Source: an uncultured virus (IMG/VR IMGVR_UViG_3300044630_006741)
Lineage: Duplodnaviria; Heunggongvirae; Uroviricota; Caudoviricetes
Reading direction: 5' to 3' (one strand)
Length of the DNA: 64,000 nt
Virus record (IMG/VR): IMGVR_UViG_3300044630_006741
Every line of letters begins with the position of its first letter. Position 1 is the first letter of the stretch. This document shows positions 9,031-19,096 of the stretch, piece by piece. The notes under the pieces are model-generated. The model was not told the DNA's origin, ran no database searches, and saw only the letters and a program-made list of their open reading frames with translations. The translations under genes and the position numbers were made by a program.

Positions 9031-10452
9031 ATGGAGTCAGCAAGAAGAATAAAGGATTATCCAGAATTCATTAAATCAATCAGAATAAACGAGGCACTCA
9101 GTGTGGGGTCTGGTGAATTCTCGACTTTCACAGTGATAATGCTAAACTGGTGTGGTTTTGAAAAAAATGGTTATGTAGATGCAAAATCTCCATTTGCAGA
9201 AACAGGAACATATGACCTGGTTTTTGACGCGAAAAACGCGATGACGAACGCGAATGGAAAATATGGTATTTACACTAGTGTCTCCCCTCAAGACGGAGAA
9301 TGTGTGTTTCAGGTCATAGTGCAAGGTGACTACCTAAAGGGTTTGATTACAGGATCACAGAAGAAGATATTTAGAGGACCAAAGGCTAAAATACTGGGCG
9401 ACATCTTATCGAAATTAAGAGAGAGGAGCGGGGGTAATTACCACGAAAGCCCTTTGTCGGGTGATAAAAAAGATGGATTTTACAAGTTCATCTATAAGAT
9501 TAGTATGGAAGACCTGATTGAGATTATTCCGATTTGGTCTGATTTTATGAGCTATATTGGATATGCTCCGAAGAGTGAGATGAAAGCTAACAAGTCGGAA
9601 GAAGGCAGTTATTTCGGTCCAGGTATCATGGAAAATTTCCTTGAGCAATACAGGATAAATAACCCAAAGCTAAAGAGGCTAGAAGTTATTTTTCCGAAAG
9701 ACTGGGACGAGTACGCTCTTCTTCAATGGGCTAAAGAAAATGGACTAGTCGCCCCGATCTTCACGTCAATAAAAGAGGGGATCGAGTATATGAAATCCCT
9801 TGAGGGTTTTAAATTCGATGAGGTTCTGGTGGGATCTCATGGTTACGATAGTGCGGCATATTCAGATATGCTAGGAGCAATAGTAGATCCAGGTAATTCA
9901 GATGCTGAAGTTCAGGAGGTCACGGGATTTCTAAAGCAACTGGCTAAAATAACAACGAAAGATAGCATTGTATATTTCACTTCTTGCCATGCCGGGAATA
10001 AAAAGGAAAGACTTGTTAGGGTAGCTGAAATTATAGGATGCACAGTTTATGGGTCAGAGGGGGTTAATTACCTAGGTTTTAATTCAGAGAAAGGTAAATT
10101 CTGGATGGCTAAAGCAGATGGCACTTTTGAGCTAACAGGAGATAAACCTCCTTTCGTTATGGAATTTGACGAGGGTTCTTTTTTAAGCGGTGTATCAATG
10201 GTTGCTCAATCCGTGACATATGAACAGATGAATAAAATCAGAGATTTTAGTAAATCCGTATCAAAAGAATGGGAAAAATTCGAAAAGAATCCATGGGGAT
10301 ATGTGGCAGACCCGTGTACTGAATACATAGAAAAAAAGGTGGAAGCATTCAAAAAAAATGCAGAGGGCTTATACAATCAGACCGGGAAGGCGATATCGGA
10401 CACGTACAACCAGGCAGGGAAGGCTTTATCTAACATGTGGAACTCCTGGTGA
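9031..10452 (+). CDS. hypothetical protein with His/Cys (DUF4347/caspase-like) domain
   Basis: VLVGSHG...VYFTSCHAG...VAEIIGCTVYG. Confidence 0.55.
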   Translation: MESARRIKDYPEFIKSIRINEALSVGSGEFSTFTVIMLNWCGFEKNGYVDAKSPFAETGTYDLVFDAKNAMTNANGKYGIYTSVSPQDGECVFQVIVQGDYLKGLITGSQKKIFRGPKAKILGDILSKLRERSGGNYHESPLSGDKKDGFYKFIYKISMEDLIEIIPIWSDFMSYIGYAPKSEMKANKSEEGSYFGPGIMENFLEQYRINNPKLKRLEVIFPKDWDEYALLQWAKENGLVAPIFTSIKEGIEYMKSLEGFKFDEVLVGSHGYDSAAYSDMLGAIVDPGNSDAEVQEVTGFLKQLAKITTKDSIVYFTSCHAGNKKERLVRVAEIIGCTVYGSEGVNYLGFNSEKGKFWMAKADGTFELTGDKPPFVMEFDEGSFLSGVSMVAQSVTYEQMNKIRDFSKSVSKEWEKFEKNPWGYVADPCTEYIEKKVEAFKKNAEGLYNQTGKAISDTYNQAGKALSNMWNSW

Positions 10453-10482
10453 TTGGTACCAATATATAAATAGAAACAATAA

Positions 10483-11904
10483 ATGTTAAATCCAAGAATA
10501 AAAGACTTCAGAAGTTGGAAATCCCTAAACGAGGGATATTCCTTTAATTTCGATCCCAATGCTAGCTACCCAGATCCAGATTTCGGTCTTCAGAGTGGCA
10601 GTATAGATAGTGGAAAGGTAAACTATGGGGGTGACGGTAATAACTGGGGTGGCTCCATGGAAAGAGCCCTAGCATTTGCTAAGATAGCAAATGACTTCTC
10701 GGGGAAGAATATAATATCGTCTCAGAAAAGATCCAGGGTTAAAACAGCTAAAGGAACTGTCTCAGATCACTACCAGGGTAAGAGTGATGCTTATGCTGTT
10801 GACCTAAGCTGTACAGGAACTAAGGGTGATCAATTACTAGCTCATCTAATGAGCTGGTTCGGTTATCCAAGCTACACAGGCGGATATTGGCTGAATGTTA
10901 ACAAGGGCGGATATAGATATCAGTTTGGCTGGAAGGTAAAGGATCACTTCGATCACATTCATATAGGTGTTAAAAAGACGAGATCCAAAGACACGCCAAC
11001 AAACAGTTCGGAGGTTGTTAACCCATATCCCGGCAAATCAACAGAAATGCAGGACGGAACTGTTGTTTATAAAGAGGAGAGAGGCGATCCATACGAGTAT
11101 AAATTGATAGATGGCATATGGTGGACTAAAGGTCCAAGAATCCCGGAGTGGAAATCACTGGAGGACAATAAAGAGGCCAACGATATACTAGATTCTAGGT
11201 ATGGGGTGAGGACAGAAGAGCAGATCAGAAAGAATAACGAGTTCTATAAAAGAGATCCTGAGAAATATGGTATTTTAGGTGGTCTTTTTAATAAGGAAAA
11301 AAGAGAAAATTATATTCCAGGAAAGGATTCCACAATAAGTGTTCCTAAGAATATAAACGGACCAGTTTCAGTCTTGGTTTTTTATCCCGGTATAAAAGTA
11401 AACGGGCAAACGGGTAAATCTTATATGCCTCCTCTTATAAAAGAGGCAGTTCCGGATTGGTATGACAAATATGTTATAGTTATCCCAAATGAACACACAA
11501 CAAAGTGGAAGGATGTTATTAGCGATGTGTCAGACGCTCTATTGGATAACAATATGTTTAGTAAAAGCACATCGATAGGCATATTCTCAGGAAGCGGAAA
11601 CAACAGGAGTTCTGGTGTTGTTGATGAGCTGATTGATATAAATCCAGAAAATCTGCTGCTAATGGATCCCACACCAGGGTCTGATTTAACTGAAGCTGTT
11701 GAAAGACTAGGCAGCAAGACACAAACTCTAATGATGTACAATCCATCTGCTTGGACTGGCTATAAATGGTATCCTAAGTCAATAGAGAAGCTAAAAGACG
11801 CAGTTACTGCAGTCGGTGTGTGTGAAAAGACATCCACCCCACATATGGAGATACCTGTTGAATTTCTTAAAAAATTCAGGACCCAGATAGAGAAGAACAT
11901 ATGA
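10483..11904 (+). CDS. Zn peptidase (M15/LAS-like) domain plus C-terminal alpha/beta-hydrolase-like domain
   Basis: SDH-x7-AVD...HFDHIHIG; GIFSGSG and late His. Confidence 0.55.
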   Translation: MLNPRIKDFRSWKSLNEGYSFNFDPNASYPDPDFGLQSGSIDSGKVNYGGDGNNWGGSMERALAFAKIANDFSGKNIISSQKRSRVKTAKGTVSDHYQGKSDAYAVDLSCTGTKGDQLLAHLMSWFGYPSYTGGYWLNVNKGGYRYQFGWKVKDHFDHIHIGVKKTRSKDTPTNSSEVVNPYPGKSTEMQDGTVVYKEERGDPYEYKLIDGIWWTKGPRIPEWKSLEDNKEANDILDSRYGVRTEEQIRKNNEFYKRDPEKYGILGGLFNKEKRENYIPGKDSTISVPKNINGPVSVLVFYPGIKVNGQTGKSYMPPLIKEAVPDWYDKYVIVIPNEHTTKWKDVISDVSDALLDNNMFSKSTSIGIFSGSGNNRSSGVVDELIDINPENLLLMDPTPGSDLTEAVERLGSKTQTLMMYNPSAWTGYKWYPKSIEKLKDAVTAVGVCEKTSTPHMEIPVEFLKKFRTQIEKNI

Positions 11905-12830
11905 TGCACATAAAGGGATTCCACCAACTTTTTGAGGACTCCGGAAAGCTTACACAGGAGCAGATAACCTGGCTTGATGAGTGCACTCAGGGGAATTGGA
12001 CCCTTAATGAAGAGACAGGCGAGGTTGATATAAAGGGAGATTTTAATTGTCAAGGGCAGGACTTATCTGACTTTAAGGGAGTAATATTCGGCTATGTGAC
12101 TGGTAGTTTCAACTGTTCCTTTAATGAACTAACATCACTGGAGGGAGCACCCTATAGAGTAAATTCTTATTTCGACTGTAAGAAAAACCGGCTCACCTCA
12201 TTGGAAGGTCTTCCCGAGGGGTTTCAAGTTGGTGGTTTTAGTTGCCGCCATAACTGGATAACCACACTCAAGGGTGCTCCACAGGAGGTGTTCCTGAACT
12301 TTGATTGTGCTGGCAATGATCTGAGATCTTTAGAATATGCTCCACAGAAGGTTCAATCTTTTAACTGCCACGGAAATGAGCTCACCTCTCTAAAGGGAGC
12401 ACCACAGAGCATGAGCGGTAATTTCACATGCTTCAGCAATAGGTTAACCTCTTTAGAGGGTGCACCTAAAAAAGTGGGCGGTGAATTCGATTGCTTCAAT
12501 AACAAGCTAACCTCATTAAAGGGAGCACCGCAGGAAATTGGCTGGGATTTCAATTGCTCTGATAATGATATCTCGTCTCTAGAGGGAGCACCACTAAGTA
12601 TAGGGGGTGATATTGATTCAGGTGGTAACGTGATCTCTGAAGAGATCATGGAGTTTGTTCTTTCTAAAATTGGAAAGGAAGGAGCTAGTCTAGGGCAGGC
12701 CGTGAGCAAATGCTGGGAATCTATGAGTGAAGAAGATAGAATTTATCTAGCTAAAGACAACCCAGATCTGTCACCAGAGGAAAGAAGAGGCTACGAGGCA
12801 CTGAGCAGGTACAAGACAAGAGTCATATAG
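11901..12830 (+). CDS. LRR-like repeat protein, paralogue 5
   Basis: same repeats and caps as 4203-7433. Confidence 0.85.
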   Translation: MMHIKGFHQLFEDSGKLTQEQITWLDECTQGNWTLNEETGEVDIKGDFNCQGQDLSDFKGVIFGYVTGSFNCSFNELTSLEGAPYRVNSYFDCKKNRLTSLEGLPEGFQVGGFSCRHNWITTLKGAPQEVFLNFDCAGNDLRSLEYAPQKVQSFNCHGNELTSLKGAPQSMSGNFTCFSNRLTSLEGAPKKVGGEFDCFNNKLTSLKGAPQEIGWDFNCSDNDISSLEGAPLSIGGDIDSGGNVISEEIMEFVLSKIGKEGASLGQAVSKCWESMSEEDRIYLAKDNPDLSPEERRGYEALSRYKTRVI

Positions 12831-12866
12831 TGTTTAAGTAAGCACAGAAATATAATTGGGTGATAA

Positions 12867-13301
12867 TTAAATAACCCTTCTGTTGTGTCTAGCTTTCACT
12901 AGATAAAGATTGACCATATCCTCTATGTCCTCATTTGTTATGACATCAGGGTCCATGTGAAAAATTATCCTATAGGGATTTCTTGAAAATCTCCACCCGT
13001 CAAGATTATCAGAGAATATCTCGGTGGCTAGATCCGTGTATATGTTCATCATAACCTATAATATGTTATTCGGCAAATGACCACCGTAAGAGTCTACCTT
13101 ATATTCAATCTCAAAATCATCAGGATCTGTAGCTGTTTCTTCAACGACCAAGTTATACTTCCGGAATATTGCCTTGATATCCGCTTCTGCTTTTTCTAGA
13201 AGATAGCTTACAGCCTCCTCCAGAGCTATGAAGGACTTATTAGGATCTATCTTATAGGTCTCTTCTTTCCCTGCTTCGTCTATTCTTCTAATGTACTTCA
13301 T
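12867..13301 (-). pseudogene. tagged hypothetical protein split by a single in-frame TAG (13056-13058)
   Basis: ORFs 13301-13056 and 13052-12867 are in frame (TAG GTT ATG); the joined protein has both the N-terminal tag and the C-terminal RRVI motif. Confidence 0.55.
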
Positions 13302-13302
13302 A

Positions 13303-14244
13303 TTAAAGTATTCTTGATTTTTGTCTCGTTAGAGCTTTAAATATTTTGAATGTTTCAGGATCTATATCCACTTCCATAGAATCTATTATCCCCGGAACAA
13401 TATCAGTTCTATAGAAAATAGACTTATCGTTTCCTCTTTCTAAAAAAAGTCTGGTATAAGCTTCAGGTATCGATATCGATTCAGCCCTTGCTAACTCTGT
13501 CATGGCTTTCTCACCCTCCTGAGAGACTGTTCCTGCAATAGCCATGTTGTTCTCCATCCCCCTATATTCATTATAGTAATTAGGCCCCAGTCTTTTAAGC
13601 TCATTTAGGAAAGCCTGATATTTGTCCTTATATACGTCTAAGATTTTTTTGACCCCGTAACCGATCAAATTTCTTATGGAAATCCACCAGAGTCTGGGGT
13701 ATGAAGAATCTGGCTCTTCCTTGTAAAGATTTGCGAAAACAGAAGCAAATGCCTCGTTAGTACCTACAATACCAAAATTACTGAAAACTTGATCTTTTGA
13801 TGATTCTCCCCATTCGTTTTCTTTCCATCTATAATCTACGAATCTAGCATATTCCCTAATAAATCTTCTGATGTCGTCTGTGCTTTTTATTTCTCTCATC
13901 TTGAATGTTATGCCCTTAAAGTCTTCAGAATTAAAAAATGCATCCTCCCCTTCATTCTCAACTTCTCCTAGACCCATTAGATCTTTAGCAAGATTTTTGT
14001 TGATATCTTCTTCAGAAATATAATCCAAAAAACCAGGAAATACTGACGAGACGTCTGCATTTGTAAGTCCCCCTCCTATCTCTGAATCTATTAGCTTCAG
14101 AGCTTGGTGAAAATTCTTTGCAGCAACAAGATAAGAGTCCATAAAGTCACCATGTACACTTTCTACGTCCAGATTCACCTCCCATAGTTTATATCCACCC
14201 GGAGATGCAGATTCAAATAATTTCCATTCAGTAATATACTTCAT
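13303..14244 (-). CDS. hypothetical protein with N- and C-terminal tags
   Basis: MKYITEWKLFE...KALTRQKSRIL*. Confidence 0.8.
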   Translation of the reverse strand: MKYITEWKLFESASPGGYKLWEVNLDVESVHGDFMDSYLVAAKNFHQALKLIDSEIGGGLTNADVSSVFPGFLDYISEEDINKNLAKDLMGLGEVENEGEDAFFNSEDFKGITFKMREIKSTDDIRRFIREYARFVDYRWKENEWGESSKDQVFSNFGIVGTNEAFASVFANLYKEEPDSSYPRLWWISIRNLIGYGVKKILDVYKDKYQAFLNELKRLGPNYYNEYRGMENNMAIAGTVSQEGEKAMTELARAESISIPEAYTRLFLERGNDKSIFYRTDIVPGIIDSMEVDIDPETFKIFKALTRQKSRIL

Positions 14245-14322
14245 GCCCATATATATCCGGAGGGGGATTAAAACAGGGTCTTTTCGGGGGATTAACCCCT
14301 ATATAAAGATATATAGATTCAT

Positions 14323-15219
14323 ATGGCACTAAATAATATATTAAGCTTCTCTGATTTAATTTTAGAATCCGATGGCACAAATAAAGGATTGAATCGGATA
14401 AGAGAACAAATTCTAAATATGCCATTATTCCTTGTAATACTATCAAGCAGTAATCGAAAAATACTTCCCAAAATTTCAGGGATAAAAAGGGATGCAAATG
14501 GCGATTACTATTTAAGATTCGAGGACATGATGAATCTGATAAACAGCGACGAATTTAAAGACATAATAGAGGAATTATATGGGCCTATCACAGCAGACAA
14601 AGGAAAAAATTTATCTGCTGCGGATTACATCTCCCTTAACTTCGACGGACAAACTGTTATACCTGTTTCTGATAACGGGCCATATCTTCTAGTTCAAATA
14701 TCCGGACAGCTTAACGCAGCAAGCAGATATCCAATGGGACACAAAATTAAGGTTCGAATTCAGGTATCACCGGACGGGGAAGACTCAAAGTGGAATAAAA
14801 TAAAAACTGAGGGATTTCACAAATTACGACAGGGCATTGATGGCCCAAAGTTTTTAGATCCTGAAGTGATCGTAGATTACATATCGGAGGAGTACTTAAA
14901 AAATAGGATAAAAAATATTGTTTTCGAATCTAGCAGATACGAGAGAGACGTAGTGTTAACTTCGAGACAAGGTAGGGATATTCTAGTTAAGGTGCTGGAC
15001 GGAAAGATTGCATCAGTCGAAAACAACTCAGGTATTCGATTTCCGTATAACATAGGACAGCACTGGAATAGAAGTATAGAGACATGGGCTTGCACCAATA
15101 AATTTAAAATAGACGGTGAGGATCCTTGCCCGGAAGAAAAGATATTTGGAATCAGAAAAAAAGACATTCCTATGGGCCACGAGCTTAGAATGATGTATCC
15201 TAGCAAATTCAGAAAATAA
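14323..15219 (+). CDS. hypothetical protein
   Basis: 298-aa ORF behind GATATATA. Confidence 0.8.
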   Translation: MALNNILSFSDLILESDGTNKGLNRIREQILNMPLFLVILSSSNRKILPKISGIKRDANGDYYLRFEDMMNLINSDEFKDIIEELYGPITADKGKNLSAADYISLNFDGQTVIPVSDNGPYLLVQISGQLNAASRYPMGHKIKVRIQVSPDGEDSKWNKIKTEGFHKLRQGIDGPKFLDPEVIVDYISEEYLKNRIKNIVFESSRYERDVVLTSRQGRDILVKVLDGKIASVENNSGIRFPYNIGQHWNRSIETWACTNKFKIDGEDPCPEEKIFGIRKKDIPMGHELRMMYPSKFRK

Positions 15220-15227
15220 AAAAAGGA

Positions 15228-15821
15228 ATGAGAAATAGAATATTAAAATTTTCGGAATTATTTGAGAATTCCAATACATCCGACATACCCGGTGAAATAT
15301 CTGTTTATGACTTCTGCTCAAAGATAGGATTCCAGAATGAGGATTGTGGGATTATCTCTGAATGGTGGAGCAGAATGAGACCTAATATAAGACTTCATTA
15401 TTTTCCGTTTAGGAGTCCACATCCCATAGCTGGAGTTTTTCTTAGTGGTGATGATGTTGCTATAAATTCTAAACTAAACATGCCAAAAGAGATGAAATTG
15501 TTTCTCTCTCTTCACGAGAGCAAGCATGCAGATCAGCATAAGGAGGGAGATTTTGATGAGGTGTACTTCAAACCTGTACTAGATGGAGACATGGATTCCT
15601 TCGTTAGAGGGTACAACGAGACAGAAAGGGAAGCTAACGATTTTGCAATTGCATGTATGGTAGATCTTGGGTTTGAAAGATTTATAGAAATGCAGGAGAG
15701 GAATCTAAGAGGAAATGAATTAGCTGGGAGACAAGTCTATAAGATGATGCAAGACGATATAGCCGAGCATAAATCTGATTCTTTTGTGGATCTAATCAGA
15801 TCCCAGATCCTACCTGATTAA
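15228..15821 (+). CDS. putative zincin metallopeptidase
   Basis: LHESKH...EREANDFA (HExxH plus downstream E). Confidence 0.6.
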   Translation: MRNRILKFSELFENSNTSDIPGEISVYDFCSKIGFQNEDCGIISEWWSRMRPNIRLHYFPFRSPHPIAGVFLSGDDVAINSKLNMPKEMKLFLSLHESKHADQHKEGDFDEVYFKPVLDGDMDSFVRGYNETEREANDFAIACMVDLGFERFIEMQERNLRGNELAGRQVYKMMQDDIAEHKSDSFVDLIRSQILPD

Positions 15822-15857
15822 AGGAAACAAAACCGATCACTTTCTCTATTATTGGTG

Positions 15858-16178
15858 ATGAGTAATCAAATTATCACACTAGAATCTGTAGATTTTCATC
15901 CAAGAAAACTAAACAGTAGATTTATCGTAAACGATGACGGAAAGGTGGAGAATCCTCTTGGTATGGATGTCGATAAGGTTGTAATTTTAGAATCAGCCGA
16001 ATCTGATATATGCATTAAGGGGTCCTGCTATAAGATAATCAGATGGGATATAAAAGAAGACGTGAGCATAAAGGGATTCCCTGTATTTGATATCATGGAA
16101 GCAGGTGAACTTTATGTTGATCTAACGGAGGAAGAAATGAACGAATGGCTAATTAAAAAACAACTTCCTGTTTTCTAG
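15858..16178 (+). CDS. hypothetical protein
   Basis: ORF track; start approximate. Confidence 0.7.
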   Translation: MSNQIITLESVDFHPRKLNSRFIVNDDGKVENPLGMDVDKVVILESAESDICIKGSCYKIIRWDIKEDVSIKGFPVFDIMEAGELYVDLTEEEMNEWLIKKQLPVF

Positions 16179-16214
16179 TAAGATCTTAGATATAGTATAA
16201 ATGTACTTTATAAT
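16153..16214 (+). repeat. imperfect direct repeat, left copy
   Basis: CAACTTCCTGTTTTCTAGTAAGATCTTAGATATAGTATAAATGTACTTTATAAT, repeated at 17957-18020. Confidence 0.85.
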
Positions 16215-16234
16215 AGATTAAAAAGGAATAAAGA

Positions 16235-16858
16235 ATGATTAAAAAGAAAGTAGTAATATCAAGATTTAGTGAGTCCCCCGATTGGGTAAAAAAAATCGAT
16301 TGTGATTACATTATATTCAATAAAGGTGATAAAATAGAGGATCCTGAAATATCACCGGAGAAAATAATAAATGTACCAAATCAAGGAAGGGAAGCTGAGA
16401 CTTTCCTTAGATACATCTGTGAAAATTATTCGGATCTTTCTGATTTTACTATATTCGTCCAAGGCAATCCATTTGACCATTGGCCAAGAACTTTAGAGTA
16501 TATTAACAGTGACTCTTTTTTAGATCCAACCGATATAGTTTCTCTAGGATACGAAACAACAACAGATCGTACGGGTGGGATTTCTTATCCTGGCTTACCA
16601 ATCGGAGATTTCCAAAAAATGCTAGTGCCTTCTGGTGAACCAGACGAAATCCATTTCACAGCGGGTGCTCAATTTATTGTTCCTAAAAAATTAATCATGA
16701 ACAAATCACTATCTTACTGGAAATCCCTAAGAAATTCTTTTGAGCACTATTGGTATAGCAATATACCTTCAGGATACGGTATACCCCCGGGCCATTTTAT
16801 AGCTCATGTTTTTGAAAGATTATGGCCAATGATTTATAGGTATTCAGATGATGTATAA
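16235..16858 (+). CDS. DUF3431-like protein
   Basis: VISRF.E..DW...PNQGREAETFLRYI..NY..L.DFTIFVQGNPFDH; GAQFIV; FERLW. Confidence 0.75.
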   Translation: MIKKKVVISRFSESPDWVKKIDCDYIIFNKGDKIEDPEISPEKIINVPNQGREAETFLRYICENYSDLSDFTIFVQGNPFDHWPRTLEYINSDSFLDPTDIVSLGYETTTDRTGGISYPGLPIGDFQKMLVPSGEPDEIHFTAGAQFIVPKKLIMNKSLSYWKSLRNSFEHYWYSNIPSGYGIPPGHFIAHVFERLWPMIYRYSDDV

Positions 16859-17960
16859 AAAATACGATTATGTTATAGCTGGCTCCGGTCTCTTTGGTGC
16901 TGTTTTTGCTAGAGAGATGACCGACCGCGGAAAGACCTGCCTGATTATAGAGAAAAGAAATCACATAGGCGGAAATTGTTATACTGAGAATAGGGATGGC
17001 ATAAATGTTCACGTATATGGACCGCACATTTTTCACACTAATGATAAAGATATATGGGATTGGATATCTAGATTTTGTGACTTCCTACCCTATAAGCACT
17101 CGCCCAAAGTGAGATATGGCGATAGGACGTTTTCATTTCCCATAAATCTAATGACGCTCCACCAACTATGGGGGGTAAATACACCAGAAGAGGCAAAAGA
17201 AAGAATCGAAAGGGAGAAAGTAATTTTTGATAATCCAAAAAATCTAGAGGAATGGGCTCTTTCCCAAATTGGAACAGATTTATACGAAATATTCATAAAA
17301 GGATACACCGAGAAACAATGGGGTAGGGATCCAAAGGATCTACCGGCTTCTATCATAAAAAGACTACCAATACGGACAAACTTTGATGACAACTATTTTT
17401 TTGACAAATACCAAGGTATACCAGAGGGGGGATACACTGGGATTTTCGACAAGATCCTGGATGGTATAGAGGTGATAACGGGAGTTGATTATTTTGAGGA
17501 TAGAAACAAATGGGATTCATTGGGATCAAAAATCGTTTACACCGGTAAGATAGATGAATTTTTTAATTATAAATTTGGTGAGCTTGAATATAGGACTCTG
17601 GAATTCAAACATCAGAGAATTGACAAGGTTGATTTTCAGGGATGCCCAATAGTTAATTATACGTCATCTACTATCGAGTGGACTAGAATAACAGAGCACA
17701 AGCACTTCGAAAATTCCAAGAGTGAAAAAACTTGGATCACAATGGAATTCCCTAAAGAGTATAAAAATGGGGACCTTCCACTTTATCCGATTGGTGACGA
17801 TCAGAACATGGATAGATTTGGGAAGTATAAAAAGATGACAGCGGACATGGGTAAATTTATATTTGGAGGAAGACTTGCTGAATATAGGTATTATGATATG
17901 CACCAGATCATAGCATCGGCTTTAACTAAAGCTGCGAAAGAATTAGCTCTTCAATCTTAA
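16848..17960 (+). CDS. glf: UDP-galactopyranose mutase
   Basis: GSGLFG FAD motif, HVYGPHIFHT, GRLAEYRYYDMHQ. Confidence 0.95.
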   Translation: MMYKKYDYVIAGSGLFGAVFAREMTDRGKTCLIIEKRNHIGGNCYTENRDGINVHVYGPHIFHTNDKDIWDWISRFCDFLPYKHSPKVRYGDRTFSFPINLMTLHQLWGVNTPEEAKERIEREKVIFDNPKNLEEWALSQIGTDLYEIFIKGYTEKQWGRDPKDLPASIIKRLPIRTNFDDNYFFDKYQGIPEGGYTGIFDKILDGIEVITGVDYFEDRNKWDSLGSKIVYTGKIDEFFNYKFGELEYRTLEFKHQRIDKVDFQGCPIVNYTSSTIEWTRITEHKHFENSKSEKTWITMEFPKEYKNGDLPLYPIGDDQNMDRFGKYKKMTADMGKFIFGGRLAEYRYYDMHQIIASALTKAAKELALQS

Positions 17961-18020
17961 AAAGCAACTACCTGTTTTCTAGTAAGATCTTAGATATATA
18001 GTATAAATATACTTTATAAT
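17957..18020 (+). repeat. imperfect direct repeat, right copy
   Basis: matches 16153-16214. Confidence 0.85.
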
Positions 18021-18357
18021 GAATCAGATCTCAAATTTTTTATCAAAGCTATTCTCTAATGGCGACGAGGTGTCATCTAAAAGATTCAGTGCTTTTTTCA
18101 CACTTCTGAATATAATTATTTTAGCCTATATTGCTACCATCATGTCAGAGGATAAGGCAACCCCTGAATTTATGTTCGATGCTTTAGCACTAATAGCAGG
18201 CGGTGGACTTGGCCTAACCGTAATAGAGAAGATATTCACCAAGAAGGATAAAACTGCAGAGGTTACCACCGATAATGCAGAAAAAGACCAAACTAACCAG
18301 CTGTGCGCATGTGGATCTAATCCTGGAGAATGTACAAATTGCGCACCAAAAAAATAA
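18019..18357 (+). CDS. two-TM membrane protein, holin-like
   Basis: SSKRF followed by two TM segments; Cys-rich tail. Confidence 0.55.
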   Translation: MNQISNFLSKLFSNGDEVSSKRFSAFFTLLNIIILAYIATIMSEDKATPEFMFDALALIAGGGLGLTVIEKIFTKKDKTAEVTTDNAEKDQTNQLCACGSNPGECTNCAPKK

Positions 18358-18366
18358 ATAACATAA

Positions 18367-18702
18367 ATGAAAAACATTAAAGCTTACGATGAATTATCGA
18401 GTGGCTCATCCGGAATAAATGAATCAATAGATCTTGATAAGGTACAAGAGTGTATAGAACTATTAGAAGATGCAAAATCCCAGATGGACGATGCATTAGC
18501 AAATCTAAATTCGGTTTATAGAATGTTGCAGGGAACTGAACTTTCAACTACAGCTGAAAGGCTCAAGGGGTATATCATAGGACATCTAGAGCCAATGATA
18601 TCTTCAGATCACGGATGGATGACAAGATCAGTTTCTATAGATGAGATCATAAAAGACCTTGAGGAGTCTGGATTTGATAATGACTCACTAGAGGAGGAAT
18701 AA
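18367..18702 (+). CDS. hypothetical protein with N-terminal tag
   Basis: MKNIKAYDEL...INE. Confidence 0.75.
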   Translation: MKNIKAYDELSSGSSGINESIDLDKVQECIELLEDAKSQMDDALANLNSVYRMLQGTELSTTAERLKGYIIGHLEPMISSDHGWMTRSVSIDEIIKDLEESGFDNDSLEEE

Positions 18703-18720
18703 TTAAGCTAAGCTAACTTT

Positions 18721-18745
18721 AAAGAGACCCAATGGGTCTTTTTTT
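18721..18745 (+). terminator. intrinsic terminator
   Basis: AAAGAGACCC-AAT-GGGTCTTTTTTT. Confidence 0.75.
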
Positions 18746-18784
18746 ATATGAAATATTTTTACGTAGTTTGATATAATCTAAACA

Positions 18785-19000
18785 ATGGCAGGAAAAGAAA
18801 AGATAACATTAAAAGAGGGCGAGACCTATCTTATAGAGGGTACGCCCATGATTTACGAATTCACTGAGGCGTCAAAGCACTATTTCCAAAAGATAGACAA
18901 GGACGGTAATCCCAAAGGAAGACTTAGAGTTATTATGGGCGATCCGGATCAAGTTGCATCCATGCTTATTAAGAGAGCAGCTAGATACATTACCCAATAA
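18785..19000 (+). CDS. hypothetical protein
   Basis: 71-aa ORF behind TATAAT, followed by a hairpin terminator. Confidence 0.7.
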   Translation: MAGKEKITLKEGETYLIEGTPMIYEFTEASKHYFQKIDKDGNPKGRLRVIMGDPDQVASMLIKRAARYITQ

Positions 19001-19096
19001 TTTAAAATTATAACCAAGATACACTAGTCCCTTCTTTAAGGGACTTTTTAATTCCGGCAGTACCGATATATAGAAGTAAATACAATCTTACTTAAG

